From Myxococcota bacterium (GTDB taxonomy: Bacteria > Myxococcota_A > UBA796 > SXON01), in assembly GCA_040386535.1 (NCBI GenBank), contig JAZKFH010000017.1, positions 64,001 to 128,000 on the forward strand: DNA of 64,000 nucleotides, read 5' to 3'. Position numbers and translations under genes: made by a program. The notes under the pieces are model-generated. The model ran no database searches and was not told the origin of the DNA. It saw nothing but the letters and a program-made list of their open reading frames with translations. Positions 52,691-62,866 of the stretch are shown one piece after another (within the stretch, counting starts at the first letter, position 1; each line of letters begins with the position of its first letter).

Positions 52691-55408
52691 ATGTCCACTC
52701 GCGGCTCGACGCTCGCTTTGCTCCTGCTCCTCACCGCCTGCGCCACCCGGCACGAGGCGCTCGGCAACCAGGCCCTCGGGGCGGGCGATGTCGAGGCCGC
52801 CGCCGCCGCGTACGACCTCGCGATGGGCGACCGGCCCATCATGGACTTCGAGTACGAGCGCATCCGCAAGCAGCGGCAGCGCATGATGGAGGGCGAGTGG
52901 TCGCCGCGCTTGGACGCGCTGGTCGCGACCGCGCCCCAGCCGGCCACCCCGGCGCACGTGAAGGCGCTCGTCGAGCTGCGGAAGGAAGCCCGGGCTGCCG
53001 GCATCCCCCAGAGCCTCGCCGAGCGCATCGACGCCGAGCTGGTCGCGGCGACCACGGCGGAGGCGCTCCGGGCCACGTCCCGCGAGGCGGTCCCCGCGCG
53101 GCTCGAGGAGCTCCTCGCGTTGTTCGACACCGCCCTGGAGTCGGGCGCCCCCCAGGCCGCCGTGGACGCGATCCTCGCCGCCTACGCCGAGAGCCTCGGC
53201 GTCGGGCTGCCCGCCGCCGGTCCCGACGAGGGCCTGGCCCGCCTCGCGGCCCTGCTCGACCGACGGGAGGCGATCCGCGGGCGGCAGTTCCCGACGGCGG
53301 TCGACACCTCGATCGACGCCGAGCTCGCGCACGTCGGCGTCGCGACGTTTCCCGCCGCCACGCCCGACGAGAGCGTGGCGCGCTTCGAGGAGACCCGGGC
53401 GCTCCGGCGTCGTGCCCGCGCCCTCGGCGCGCCCGCGCCCGCGCTCGCTCTGGTCGATCGCGCCCACGAGGACGCCCTCCGCCACATCCTCGCCGGCGCC
53501 GACGCCGACGCCGCCGCGCACCGCTACGTGACCGCCTACGACCGGCTCGCCCGCCTCGCCGAGGACGTGGAGCCGGGGCACCCGCTGCTCGCCCGCCTCG
53601 CCGTCCTCGCGCGGGATGGCACGGCGTGGCACGAGGCCGAGGCGGCGGCCCTGCCGACGGGCTACCGCCAGCTCCTCCACCTCTCCCTCGCCGACGCGCT
53701 CTCCGCCGCCGACAGCGCCACGACGGCCCGCGTGTCCGCCCGCCGGGCGCTCGAGCCCGCGTTCGCCACGGCGATCACGCTCCAGCCGACGTACACCGCC
53801 GACGCGTCGTGCGCGGGCATGGGGGACCTGGTGACGCCGACCCTCGCGCGGGACGGCCGCAAGGTGGTCACCGCGATCACGTTGTCCAGGTGCGTCTCCC
53901 GGGAGTCCGATGCGCTCTCCACCCGCAACCACGACTACGTCACGGAGGAGCTCTACTACGTCCCGGAGCAGGTGCGGGTCGGCACGGATTACGAGCGGGT
54001 GGAGGTCGGCACGGAGCGGTTCCACTGTGTGAAAACCAACGAGACGACCCGCGAGGAGTACGACAGCGTCTGCTCCAGGCCCGTCTACGAGAGCCGCGAG
54101 ATCCCCATCTACGAGACGCGGCAGATCGAGAAGCGCCGCGACGTGCCCGGCACCGTCGCCTACGAGGTGAAGACGCGCACCGTCCGCGTGGAGGCGGAGG
54201 GGGTCGCCACGCTGACCTGGGACGACGGGACCGCCCTGTCCGTCCCCTTCTCCCACGAGCGCGACGGCCTGGCCGAGGGGTGGCACTACGCCTACCCCGG
54301 GCGAAGGGTGGGGGCCGACAAGCAGTTCGGCAACCAGGCGATCCCGGCCTCGATCGCCGTGGGGCCGATGCGGCAGATGGTGGGCACCGCCATCGGCACG
54401 CAGGTGTCCGAGCAGCTGCTCGCGAAGGTCCGCGCGCACCGGGCGCGCCTCGCGCGGGAGGAGGGCGCACGCGCGCTCGCGGCCGGTGACGACGCCGCGG
54501 CCGGCGAGGCGTTCGTGCGCTCGATCCTCCACGGCGGCAGCGCGGACGCGGAGGCCGCGGTGTGGATCGAGTCGTCGGTCAGGGTCAACCCGCGCGTCGC
54601 CGAGTTCGTCCTCCGGGCCGAGGGCAGCCCGCGGGTGCCCATCGCCGGCGCCGCGCTGCCGGTGCCGGAGGTGTACACCCCCGCGCCGATCGTCGGCGGC
54701 GAAGGCGCGGTCCTCCGCTCCGACACAGCCGTGAAGCGCATGGTGAAGGAGGGCTACGAGCCCGGCATCAAGCCCCCCTACGAGTTCGGGCGAGCTCACC
54801 TGGGCTTCGTCATGTCCGAGATCCAGACCGGTCCCAACCTCGTGTCACGGGGCGCGCCGTCGATGGGGTTCGACCTCCAGTTCAGCCCGCTGGAGCTGGC
54901 GACGCGCCTGCGGTACGGCCCCGTCGTCCACGACGAGCTCGGCCTCCGCTTCACGATCGGCGGCACCTACGCCGACTCGGCCGAGGAGAACACCCTCGAG
55001 AGCGCGCTCGCCCTCACGTTCAACCCGACGTACGCGCTCTACGCCGGGCTGCGCCTGCCCTACTTCGGCGTCTTCGCCGGGGCCTCCGCCGGCTACCTGC
55101 ACGCCACGAGCAACGACATCGTCGCGTTCGGCTACCACGTGGAGCCCGCGGTGCGCGTGACCGCCCGCCTGTTCGGCACCCAGAACCTCATCGTCGAGGC
55201 GTCCGGGGTCGCGGGCCTCGTCCCCGGCGTGGCCCACAAGAACCGCATCGCCGTGTCGTTCCCGGCGCTCGGCCGCCACGGCCTGGACGTGAAGCTCTCC
55301 GTCGAGCGCGCCCTGTTGCCGGCACGGGAGCGGCCGGGGGAGTCGTGGAGCTCGCTGGGCGTGTTGCCGGTCAACACGGCCGGGGTGGAGGTCGGGGCGC
55401 GGTTCTGA
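52691..55408 (+). CDS. Large lipoprotein with helical repeats and a probable C-terminal beta-barrel
   Basis: MSTRGSTLALLLLLTAC signal; C-terminal amphipathic strands ending VEVGARF. Confidence 0.75.
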   Translation: MSTRGSTLALLLLLTACATRHEALGNQALGAGDVEAAAAAYDLAMGDRPIMDFEYERIRKQRQRMMEGEWSPRLDALVATAPQPATPAHVKALVELRKEARAAGIPQSLAERIDAELVAATTAEALRATSREAVPARLEELLALFDTALESGAPQAAVDAILAAYAESLGVGLPAAGPDEGLARLAALLDRREAIRGRQFPTAVDTSIDAELAHVGVATFPAATPDESVARFEETRALRRRARALGAPAPALALVDRAHEDALRHILAGADADAAAHRYVTAYDRLARLAEDVEPGHPLLARLAVLARDGTAWHEAEAAALPTGYRQLLHLSLADALSAADSATTARVSARRALEPAFATAITLQPTYTADASCAGMGDLVTPTLARDGRKVVTAITLSRCVSRESDALSTRNHDYVTEELYYVPEQVRVGTDYERVEVGTERFHCVKTNETTREEYDSVCSRPVYESREIPIYETRQIEKRRDVPGTVAYEVKTRTVRVEAEGVATLTWDDGTALSVPFSHERDGLAEGWHYAYPGRRVGADKQFGNQAIPASIAVGPMRQMVGTAIGTQVSEQLLAKVRAHRARLAREEGARALAAGDDAAAGEAFVRSILHGGSADAEAAVWIESSVRVNPRVAEFVLRAEGSPRVPIAGAALPVPEVYTPAPIVGGEGAVLRSDTAVKRMVKEGYEPGIKPPYEFGRAHLGFVMSEIQTGPNLVSRGAPSMGFDLQFSPLELATRLRYGPVVHDELGLRFTIGGTYADSAEENTLESALALTFNPTYALYAGLRLPYFGVFAGASAGYLHATSNDIVAFGYHVEPAVRVTARLFGTQNLIVEASGVAGLVPGVAHKNRIAVSFPALGRHGLDVKLSVERALLPARERPGESWSSLGVLPVNTAGVEVGARF

Positions 55409-55823
55409 TCCGGGGCGGATGAATTCGGGCGCGTCCCGGCGCGGACGCCGGGTCGGCCCCTTGCGGGCGCGCGCTTCGCGCTTGGTCCGCCCGGCGAGGC
55501 GCCGGGCGGGACCGGCCGCCGCGGACGGCGGCCGCCCTCCAGGCGCCTCGCGCTTCGCCGGGCGGTACCAGACCTTTCTCGAGCTCGAGCGGGACGTGAG
55601 CCCCGAGCCGCTGGAGATCGACGCCCCGTACTACGCCGACGGGCTCCTCCGCCAGGCGCCAGCTGCTCTGATTCCGGGGCCGCGGGGCCTGGCGGGATGC
55701 GAATATGCAGGGCGCCCCGTACGCCGATGCGTGTCGCGCGCGCTCGCAACTACACACACTCCGGCCGCACGCTGGGATTGTGTGCACCCGCGATCGATCT
55801 GGCAGAAGCCGAGGACGAGACAA

Positions 55824-56290
55824 TCAGGCCCGACTTCGCGGCGTCCGTACGTCCATGGATTCGATCGCCTCGTCCCATTGTCCCCATGCACCCCACGGCG
55901 GGCCTGCGGGTTCATGGTGACAATGGCCGTAGGTGATCTTCATGCAGCCGGGTGAGAGGGTGATCTTGCGGAGCAGCTGGGCGAGCGCCGAACGGCGCTC
56001 CTCCAGCGGCTGATCGGTCCAGGCTTCGAGGACGCCGGCGCGGAAGGCTTCGGCGTCGATCTCGTCCACGCCGAGCGCTTCGCCGAGAGCGCGGCGACTT
56101 GGAGATTGGCGAGGTCGCGCTGCTCGCGGAGGGGGCGTTCATGGCCACCGCGTCCTCCTGATCGCGCACGCCGGCGACCACCTGGGCGCCAGTCGCGCGG
56201 ATGCGCTTGTCGAGGTCGGCGATCACGCCGGAGAGCCGGGCGGCGCCGGCGAACCGCTCGACGTTCGCGGCCCTCGGGACGGTCGCGAGC
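55824..56290 (-). pseudogene. Remnant of a large serine recombinase C-terminus
   Basis: Coiled-coil IADLDKRI.. and EERRSALAQLLRKITL..MKITY tail in broken frames. Confidence 0.5.
55875..55926. other. 52-bp imperfect inverted repeat, candidate att site
   Basis: ccattgtccccatgcaccc...gggttcatggtgacaatgg; 17/19 arm match. Confidence 0.55.
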
Positions 56291-56461
56291 CCTCGGCGTC
56301 CCCATCGCGCATGGAACCGTCGGTCGGTCGAGGATCTCACCGCGATCGGCATCCTGGCGTCGATCCTGGCGCCCCCGCTCGGGTGGTCGGGCATCTCGGG
56401 ATCCGGTTTCCCATCAAACTGAGAAAGCCGAACACTTCGCAATGGCTTCCTGCTGTCGGCG

Positions 56462-57070
56462 ATGATCCTGTCGGCGGCCGCCGTCGGCATCGCCCAGGCG
56501 AGCCTCAACCGCCAGAGCAACGAGGAGATGGCGGCGAACATGGCCCGCATGCTCGACGATCTCGTGATCCTGTCCAAGACCGACCCGGCTGTCGACAAGT
56601 ACCTGTCCGAGCAGATTCGGACCCAGGCCCAGGCGAATCCGGAGGTCATCAATCGCATGGCCGAGCGCGTGCGGGTCAGGGGTGAAGAACCAAGCGAGGT
56701 CCTGTCTCATCACGGGCTGACCGCCGGTGATCTCTCCACCCTGGGCCTACCCCCTGCACCTCCGGTGGTTGTCGAGCCCGGCGTCAACACGGACGACGCG
56801 AAGCACGAGGACGAGACCATCGGCGACATCATGAAGGACGGCGTCAAGCTCGCTGACGTGAAGATCGCCGACGTCAAGATCGGCAAGGTGAAGCTCGAGG
56901 ACCTCAAGACCGGCAACCTGAACCTCGGCGATCTTGGCGAAGAAGACCTGAAGAAGCTCGAGGACCTCAAGAAGCTCGAGCTCGAGAATCTCCAGACCCT
57001 GAAGAAGGCGGCGGCGGAGCTGAAGAAGCTCGAGGAGTTCCGGAAACGTCAGGGCCTTCCGAAGCCGTGA
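56462..57070 (+). CDS. Hypothetical protein with K/L/D/E periodic repeats; upstream in-frame part cut by TGA at 56420
   Basis: KLADVKIADVKIGKVKLEDLK repeats; 56201-56422 is in the same frame. Confidence 0.55.
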   Translation: MILSAAAVGIAQASLNRQSNEEMAANMARMLDDLVILSKTDPAVDKYLSEQIRTQAQANPEVINRMAERVRVRGEEPSEVLSHHGLTAGDLSTLGLPPAPPVVVEPGVNTDDAKHEDETIGDIMKDGVKLADVKIADVKIGKVKLEDLKTGNLNLGDLGEEDLKKLEDLKKLELENLQTLKKAAAELKKLEEFRKRQGLPKP

Positions 57071-57233
57071 ACGTTCGGGCACCGATCACCTCCAGCGTCT
57101 GTTCGCTCTTCGTGATGGGCCTGTCAGCGCCGTGGAGCGCGGGTCACGAGCATCTGGTCGAAGGGATCATGGTGGTGGGGTGCGGGCCACCGCCCTGGAA
57201 CGCGATAGCCTGCCGGCTCACCCAACGGCCCGC

Positions 57234-57746
57234 ATGACCTACCTCCAGAGCTTCTCCCAGATGAACAAGCAACTCGGTCAGCTCGACGCCTGGATCGAAC
57301 GCGCCGCCGCGTATGCGCAGGGCCGCAAGGTCGATCCCGCCACGTTCCTCGGCTTCCGTCTCGCTCCCGACCAGTTCGCGTTCGGACGCCAGGTGCTCAT
57401 CACCTGTGACACCGCAAAGCTTGCGGCGTCTCGCCTCAGCGGCAAGGCTGCGCCGACGTTCCCCGACACGGAAAAGGACTTCGACGAGCTCCGCGCTCGC
57501 ATCCGCGCGACCCGGGACTACCTCGACGGGTTGCGCGCCGAGGACTTCGACAGCGCCGACACCCGCGTGGTGAGTCAGCCCCGCTGGGAGGGCAAGTGGA
57601 TGACCGGCGCCGACTACTTCCACGAGCACGCCCTCCCCAACTTCTACTTCCACCTCGCACACGCCTACGCGCTGCTGCGCCACAACGGCGTCGACCTCGG
57701 GAAGAAGGACTACCTCGGCGCGCTCTCGCTGCGGGATCCCGCGTAG
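57234..57746 (+). CDS. DUF1993 (DinB-like) protein
   Basis: RLAPDQF.F..QV, ALPNFYFH..AY.LLRHNGV.LGK.DYLG motifs. Confidence 0.92.
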   Translation: MTYLQSFSQMNKQLGQLDAWIERAAAYAQGRKVDPATFLGFRLAPDQFAFGRQVLITCDTAKLAASRLSGKAAPTFPDTEKDFDELRARIRATRDYLDGLRAEDFDSADTRVVSQPRWEGKWMTGADYFHEHALPNFYFHLAHAYALLRHNGVDLGKKDYLGALSLRDPA

Positions 57747-57986
57747 CGAGACGGGGGTCGAGGGGAGGACCTGACGGGGCGACGGGGCTTGGTGAGCCAA
57801 ATCTCGCGGTGCAATCGTCCGCGGTGGTTCACTTCCTGACGCAGGGGCCGGAGGGGTCAGGGTTGCGAAATGTGGACCGGGCCTCCGGATGCGCGAGGCT
57901 ACCAAACGCGCTCAACGGGGTAGCGGTCGAACAGGTTGTCAGACGTGAGGTTGGGTAGCCCCGCGACCAGAGCTTGGGCTCCAGAG

Positions 57987-58635
57987 CGCGGCAGTTCGCG
58001 AGCCCGATGATCGGGCTGCTCGCTGTCGCCGCCGGCGTCGCGTTCGCGCTCGGTGAGACCGACGACGCCGTCGCCATCGTCGTGATCGTCGCGATGAACG
58101 GGCTCGTCGGCTTCTTCCAGGAGCACCGCGCCGAGAACGCCGTCCTGGCCCTGCGGGCGATGACCGCGCCCCGCGCCCGCGTGCTGCGCGACGGGCACGC
58201 CGTGGTCGTCCCCGCGCGCGAGATCGTCGTGGGCGACGTGCTCCTGCTGGAAGCCGGGGACCTCGTCGCGGCGGACGCGCGCCTCCTCGAGGCCCATGCC
58301 CTCGGGGTCAACGAGGCTGCGCTCACCGGGGAGAGCGTCCCCGTCGAGAAGAACGCGACCCCGCTCCCGGACGACACCCCGCTCGCCGAGCGCAAGGACC
58401 GGGTGTTCTCGGGGACGGCGGTGGTGGCGGGCACGGGCGCGGCCGAGGTCTTCGCCGCGGGCATGGAGACCCAGCTCGGGCACATCGCGCACCTCCTGGA
58501 GACGGCGGAAGAGCAGGCCACGCCGCTCCAGGCGAGACTCGAGACGTTTCTCGCACGCTCATCAAGCTGTGCCTCGGGATCGTCCTGCTCGTGGCCATCC
58601 TCGCGTTCGCGCGGGGGCTGAGCTGGCTCGAGGCG
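57987..58635 (+). pseudogene. Internal fragment of a cation-transporting P-type ATPase
   Basis: QF..P, QEHRAE, VVGD..GD..ADARL, EAALTGES and TPLQ motifs; frameshift ~58550; no DKTGT and no N-terminus. Confidence 0.85.
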
Positions 58636-58898
58636 TCTCCGCAGTGTCGTCCGCGCCGGCGCTGTCGGACGTCTGTCTTCTCGCCAGTGCCCGCGGGGAG
58701 GAGCAGGGCGACGAGCAGGGAGCAGCGTATGGGGCCTCGGTGTGACGAAACCGGATCTCCGAGTGCTATCCGGCGCCCATGGCAACGGCGGGTCCGACGA
58801 CACGCTCGAACACCAATCAGGCCGCCCTCCGACATCTCGGGGATCGGCCCGCTGATTCGGCCCCCCTCGGGCTACTCTGACCGTACCCCGGATGATGC

Positions 58899-59393
58899 AT
58901 GCTCCTCCTCGCCCTCGCCTGCGTCGTGACCAGCGAGGACACTGCGCTCGACACCGACGCGCCGGCCGCTCTCCCGCTCGACGCGGCCTTTCCGGCCCAG
59001 CTCACCGATCGGTACGCCTGCGGCATCAACTGGTACGTGGCCTACGACGCCGCCCGGACGATTCGGTTGCAGGCCGGTTTCACCACCCCGCACGGCGAGG
59101 ATCCCGGCCAGTCGAACGAGGGCCCCTTGGGAGGAGAGGTGGCCACGCTGCAGGTCTACCAGGGGACCTGCCTCATGACGCCCGGATGCACTGACGACAT
59201 CGACACCGAGGGCTGTGGCGAGCAGGTGATCGCCCACAGGTACGATGCGACCGCCGGCGTGATGACGCTGGCGGCCGACGACGCCGGCGTCGCCGGGGAG
59301 GTCACCGGCCTGGCGCTCGAGGGCACCGACGGCGAGGATCCGGTCTCGCTCGCGACGCTCGACCTGCCGCACGCCGACTTCTGGGTGGAGTGA
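58899..59393 (+). CDS. Hypothetical lipoprotein
   Basis: MLLLALAC signal; acidic Cys-containing domain. Confidence 0.7.
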   Translation: MLLLALACVVTSEDTALDTDAPAALPLDAAFPAQLTDRYACGINWYVAYDAARTIRLQAGFTTPHGEDPGQSNEGPLGGEVATLQVYQGTCLMTPGCTDDIDTEGCGEQVIAHRYDATAGVMTLAADDAGVAGEVTGLALEGTDGEDPVSLATLDLPHADFWVE

Positions 59394-59613
59394 TCCCGGA
59401 CGAACAGCATGAGCGACGCTCAACAATCCGTGGACCGCAGAGAGAGACGCCCTGCGCGATGGAATGGAGTCCTACCTGGAGTGGCGCGAGTGGCGACGCG
59501 CCCACCCGTCGGCACGTGACGTCGGTGCGCTGAAGGCCCCTGCGCCTCGACGGTCGACGAGCACCCGCTTACGCCCGCGCGGCCGGAGGGTTTTCGGCGG
59601 TGAGGGCGTGATC

Positions 59614-60258
59614 ATGGCTGACGGAATCGAAGAAGTCCCCGGGAAGAAGATCCTCGTTCGCTTCGAGGCGAAGCGCTGCGTACACACGCGCCACTGCGTC
59701 CTCGAACACCCCGACGTCTTCGTCCCGAACGTCCAAGGCGAGTGGATCCGCCCTGACGCGGTCGCGGCCGAAGCGGTGGTCAAGGTCGCCGAGCGTTGTC
59801 CGTCGGGCGCGATCCGGTACGAGCGGCTCGACGGCGGGCCGGCCGAGGCCCCGCCGGTCGTCAACCTGGTGCGGGTTCGCGAGAACGGCCCGCTCGCGTT
59901 CAGCGCCGAGCTGCGCGTTGGTGACGACACCCGTTACCGCGCGACGCTCTGCCGCTGCGGCGCCAGCAAGAACAAGCCCTACTGTGACGGCCAGCACGCC
60001 GTCGCCGGCTTCGTGGCGACCGGCGAGCCGCCGACCGTCGAGTCACCCGCGATCGCGGTCCGGAACGGCCCGCTCGAGGTGACACCGACCCGGGACGGGC
60101 CGCTTCGCGTCTCGGGGAGCGTGGAGATCGTCAGCGGGACCGGGCGGACCCTGGCGAAGAAGACGGAGGCGTGGCTCTGCCGGTGCGGCGCGTCCGCCAA
60201 CAAGCCCTATTGCGACGGTGCGCACCGGAAGATCGGCTTCGTGGCGGACGGCGAGTAG
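59614..60258 (+). CDS. CDGSH iron-sulfur protein with an N-terminal divergent 4Fe-4S domain
   Basis: CVHTRHC..CPSGA; two LCRCGAS.NKPYCDG.H motifs. Confidence 0.93.
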   Translation: MADGIEEVPGKKILVRFEAKRCVHTRHCVLEHPDVFVPNVQGEWIRPDAVAAEAVVKVAERCPSGAIRYERLDGGPAEAPPVVNLVRVRENGPLAFSAELRVGDDTRYRATLCRCGASKNKPYCDGQHAVAGFVATGEPPTVESPAIAVRNGPLEVTPTRDGPLRVSGSVEIVSGTGRTLAKKTEAWLCRCGASANKPYCDGAHRKIGFVADGE

Positions 60259-60293
60259 CCGAGTCATCGGACCCCTCCCCCGCGAGGAGCCGT

Positions 60294-61568
60294 TCACTCC
60301 ACCACGAAACAGGCCTCCATCGGGGCGGCGTGGTCCGCCGTCCCCGCGTCTTGGAGCGGGTCCAGGCGCGTCCAGAAGTTGTACCGGCCGGCGGCGAGCA
60401 GCACCCGGGTCACGCCTTCCGAGAATTCCTCCTGCTCGTTGTAGAGGGTCCGCTCGGGGTCGGTCCAGGTGAGCAGCAGGTCGGTAAAGCCCACCGGCGC
60501 GCCGTCCAGGCTCACCGAGACGTCGACCCAGCGCGCGTCCAGCACGAGGTCCGCGGTCGCGTCCCCGGAGACCACGAGCGGGCCCGCCAGCTTCACCTTC
60601 GAGAAATACCTGGGGTCGGGGTCCTGCGAGGACACGTAGACGTCGTAGGTCGCGGCTGGGAGGCGCACGGCGTACGCCTCGCCGTACGCGAACCTCCGAG
60701 AGAAGCTGAGGCGCTCCGCCGCGTCGTAGAAGTACAGCGTGATGTCCCCGTCTCCGGCGTAGTCGGGCAGGACGTCGTGCGGGTAGCTCAGCGTCCCGGA
60801 CACCGCGTAGTCCACGCCGTCCACGGCGAGGGTGCCGTCGGCCGCGACCACATGGGCCGACAGCACGGGGACGTACGGGCTCTGGTCATCGGCCTCGTAC
60901 CGGATCCGGACCTCGTACACACCTTCGGGCACGTCCGCCGACCAGCTCCCGCCGCGCGCGCTCGCCGCGGTGGTGCCTCCCGTGCGCGGGTCGATGAACA
61001 TGACGACCGGATAGTCGAGCGACCCCGCATCCACGCCGTTCATCGACGCGGTGCCGGTGATCGTGTGCACCTCGATCGCCACGTCGACCGTGGCGTCGCT
61101 GGTCAGGTCCACGGCCTCGTGCGCGCGGGTGCGCATCGAGGGGTAGCCCCCGCCGAGGTCCACGTCGTACACGCCCGGGGGCACCCGGGCCGACCAGGTC
61201 GACCCGTCGGGCACCCACTGCTCGAACTCGGCGCCGGTCGCGACGTCGACGAGCGTGAAGAGCCAGGGGACCTCGTGCACGTCGTCCCGGAGCGGCTCGC
61301 CGCCCCACGAGGCCGCCCCGCCGACCGTGACGGCGTCCGCCGAGAGCGCGACGGCGCCCTCACCCGTGACCTCGAACGTCCCGAGGTCCCAGGTGCCGAG
61401 CGCCATGCCGACGCTCGTCTTGTGGACGTAGAGCGCGGCCGACCACGTCCCCGCGGGGAGCCGCAGCTCCGTCTCGTCCTCGTCGGTCAGTACCGATCCT
61501 CGTCCTCGTGGCCGCCCCAGCATGCGACGACCATAGCAGGCGCTCCGGCGCTCCGTGGTAGACTCCAC
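60294..61568 (-). CDS. Hypothetical protein of repeated beta-sandwich (carboxypeptidase-regulatory-like) modules; start uncertain
   Basis: Repeats W/Y.A..P.G.Y.V at about 85-aa spacing. Confidence 0.6.
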   Translation of the reverse strand: MESTTERRSACYGRRMLGRPRGRGSVLTDEDETELRLPAGTWSAALYVHKTSVGMALGTWDLGTFEVTGEGAVALSADAVTVGGAASWGGEPLRDDVHEVPWLFTLVDVATGAEFEQWVPDGSTWSARVPPGVYDVDLGGGYPSMRTRAHEAVDLTSDATVDVAIEVHTITGTASMNGVDAGSLDYPVVMFIDPRTGGTTAASARGGSWSADVPEGVYEVRIRYEADDQSPYVPVLSAHVVAADGTLAVDGVDYAVSGTLSYPHDVLPDYAGDGDITLYFYDAAERLSFSRRFAYGEAYAVRLPAATYDVYVSSQDPDPRYFSKVKLAGPLVVSGDATADLVLDARWVDVSVSLDGAPVGFTDLLLTWTDPERTLYNEQEEFSEGVTRVLLAAGRYNFWTRLDPLQDAGTADHAAPMEACFVVE

Positions 61569-61570
61569 CG

Positions 61571-61996
61571 ATGATCCCCGCCTCCCACCACGGTCGTTTC
61601 GTCGGTTCCAACCGCCTCTGGTTCATGCCGGGGACACCCGCCCACGTCTCGGATGGAACGCTCGTCGTCGCCGCCGACCGCGTGTCCGTGCGCTGGGCTC
61701 ACGATGGAGCGGCGAAGGAGGGTGAGCTCGTGCTCAGCGGACCCGCCCCCTCGTGCCGCGGCGACTTCACCGATACGTTCCACGCGGAGAGCGGGCTGCT
61801 GCTGCACGGCCACGTCCAGGGCAGCACGGTGCGGTTGTTCGGCACGTACCCGGCCGGCGACGGATCTCCGGACTGGGGCTGGCGTATCGTCCTCGACTGG
61901 TACGACCCGGATCACTTCAGCTTTCGCATGTTCAACGTGCTCCCCGACGGCATGGAAGCGCTCGCAGTGGACCTGTGCGGCGCGCGATCGGCCTGA
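61571..61996 (+). CDS. Hypothetical protein (DUF1579-like beta-barrel)
   Basis: DTFH, GTYP and PDWGWRI..RMFNV.P.G.E motifs. Confidence 0.65.
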   Translation: MIPASHHGRFVGSNRLWFMPGTPAHVSDGTLVVAADRVSVRWAHDGAAKEGELVLSGPAPSCRGDFTDTFHAESGLLLHGHVQGSTVRLFGTYPAGDGSPDWGWRIVLDWYDPDHFSFRMFNVLPDGMEALAVDLCGARSA

Positions 61997-62024
61997 CGCT
62001 TTCCGCCGCGGCTTCGTGGGCCGC

Positions 62025-62438
62025 TCAGCTGGAGCCGAACACCCGCAGCTCGGCGAAGCCAGCGGCGCTGCGTTCGACGACCTCTCCGTCGAGCGTCAGG
62101 ATGGGCGCGTTCCACATCAGGGCCAGCGCGACGTAGACAGCGTCGTACGCACGGAGGCGCGCAACGCGGGCGACGAGCACGGCCCGTTCGAGCAGCTCGG
62201 CGTCGAGCGGACAGGCGTGGAACCGCGGCCCTCGGATCACGGCGTCCACCGTGTCGAGAAGGTCGGCCGGCTCTCCGCGCCGGGAGAGCCCCGCCATGAC
62301 CTCGACGCGGAACAGCTCCGGCACGAGGAACGGCTCCGTGTCCGGGTGGCTCTCGAAGAGCCGACGCGCCCGATGGTGGTGGCGCTCGGCGGGCGAGATG
62401 GCGGCGATGAAGACCGATGCGTCCAGGACCGGGCTCAC
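62025..62438 (-). CDS. vapC: VapC/PIN toxin
   Basis: VLDASV, EV, LRAYDAVYVALA and ILTLD motifs. Confidence 0.9.
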   Translation of the reverse strand: MSPVLDASVFIAAISPAERHHHRARRLFESHPDTEPFLVPELFRVEVMAGLSRRGEPADLLDTVDAVIRGPRFHACPLDAELLERAVLVARVARLRAYDAVYVALALMWNAPILTLDGEVVERSAAGFAELRVFGSS

Positions 62439-62695
62439 CGCCGCCCCTCGCCGACCAGCTCCACCGCGTCGAACTCCGATGTCGGGCGCGGGATCCGGCC
62501 CAGGCTCGCCATGAGGGCCCGGTAGCCGGCTGTCTCGGCGGGGGTCAGCGAGCGTGGCCCGGCGTGGACGGGCACGAGCCGCGCGGCAGGCTCCCCGTCG
62601 ACCGTGATCACGGCATCCTCCCCGCGCGTGCGCACGCCCCGCACGAGCTCGGAGAGCCGGGCCTTCGCGTCCGAGAGCGTCATCACCGTGCTCAT
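62435..62695 (-). CDS. Phd/YefM antitoxin
   Basis: TLSDAKARLSELV..V..GE.VIT..G.P.ARLVP motif; overlaps the toxin start. Confidence 0.9.
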   Translation of the reverse strand: MSTVMTLSDAKARLSELVRGVRTRGEDAVITVDGEPAARLVPVHAGPRSLTPAETAGYRALMASLGRIPRPTSEFDAVELVGEGRR

Positions 62696-62866
62696 GTGGG
62701 CCTCATCCACCATGATAGTCAGATCAGACCATACGGTCAATCGCGGGGGGGCGCAGCCGGGCCGCGCGAGTCGACCGTGGCACCGTCCGCGCGACCAGCC
62801 CCGCCCCGCAGCGGCGGCCGTCCTCGGCCGTCCGTCTGCCCCGGTTCTCGGTCCCGTGCTCCTCCC

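Noticed and set aside
55840..55880. tggattcga resembling a tmRNA or tRNA end
   Set aside because: No acceptor stem, cloverleaf or CCA could be built around it
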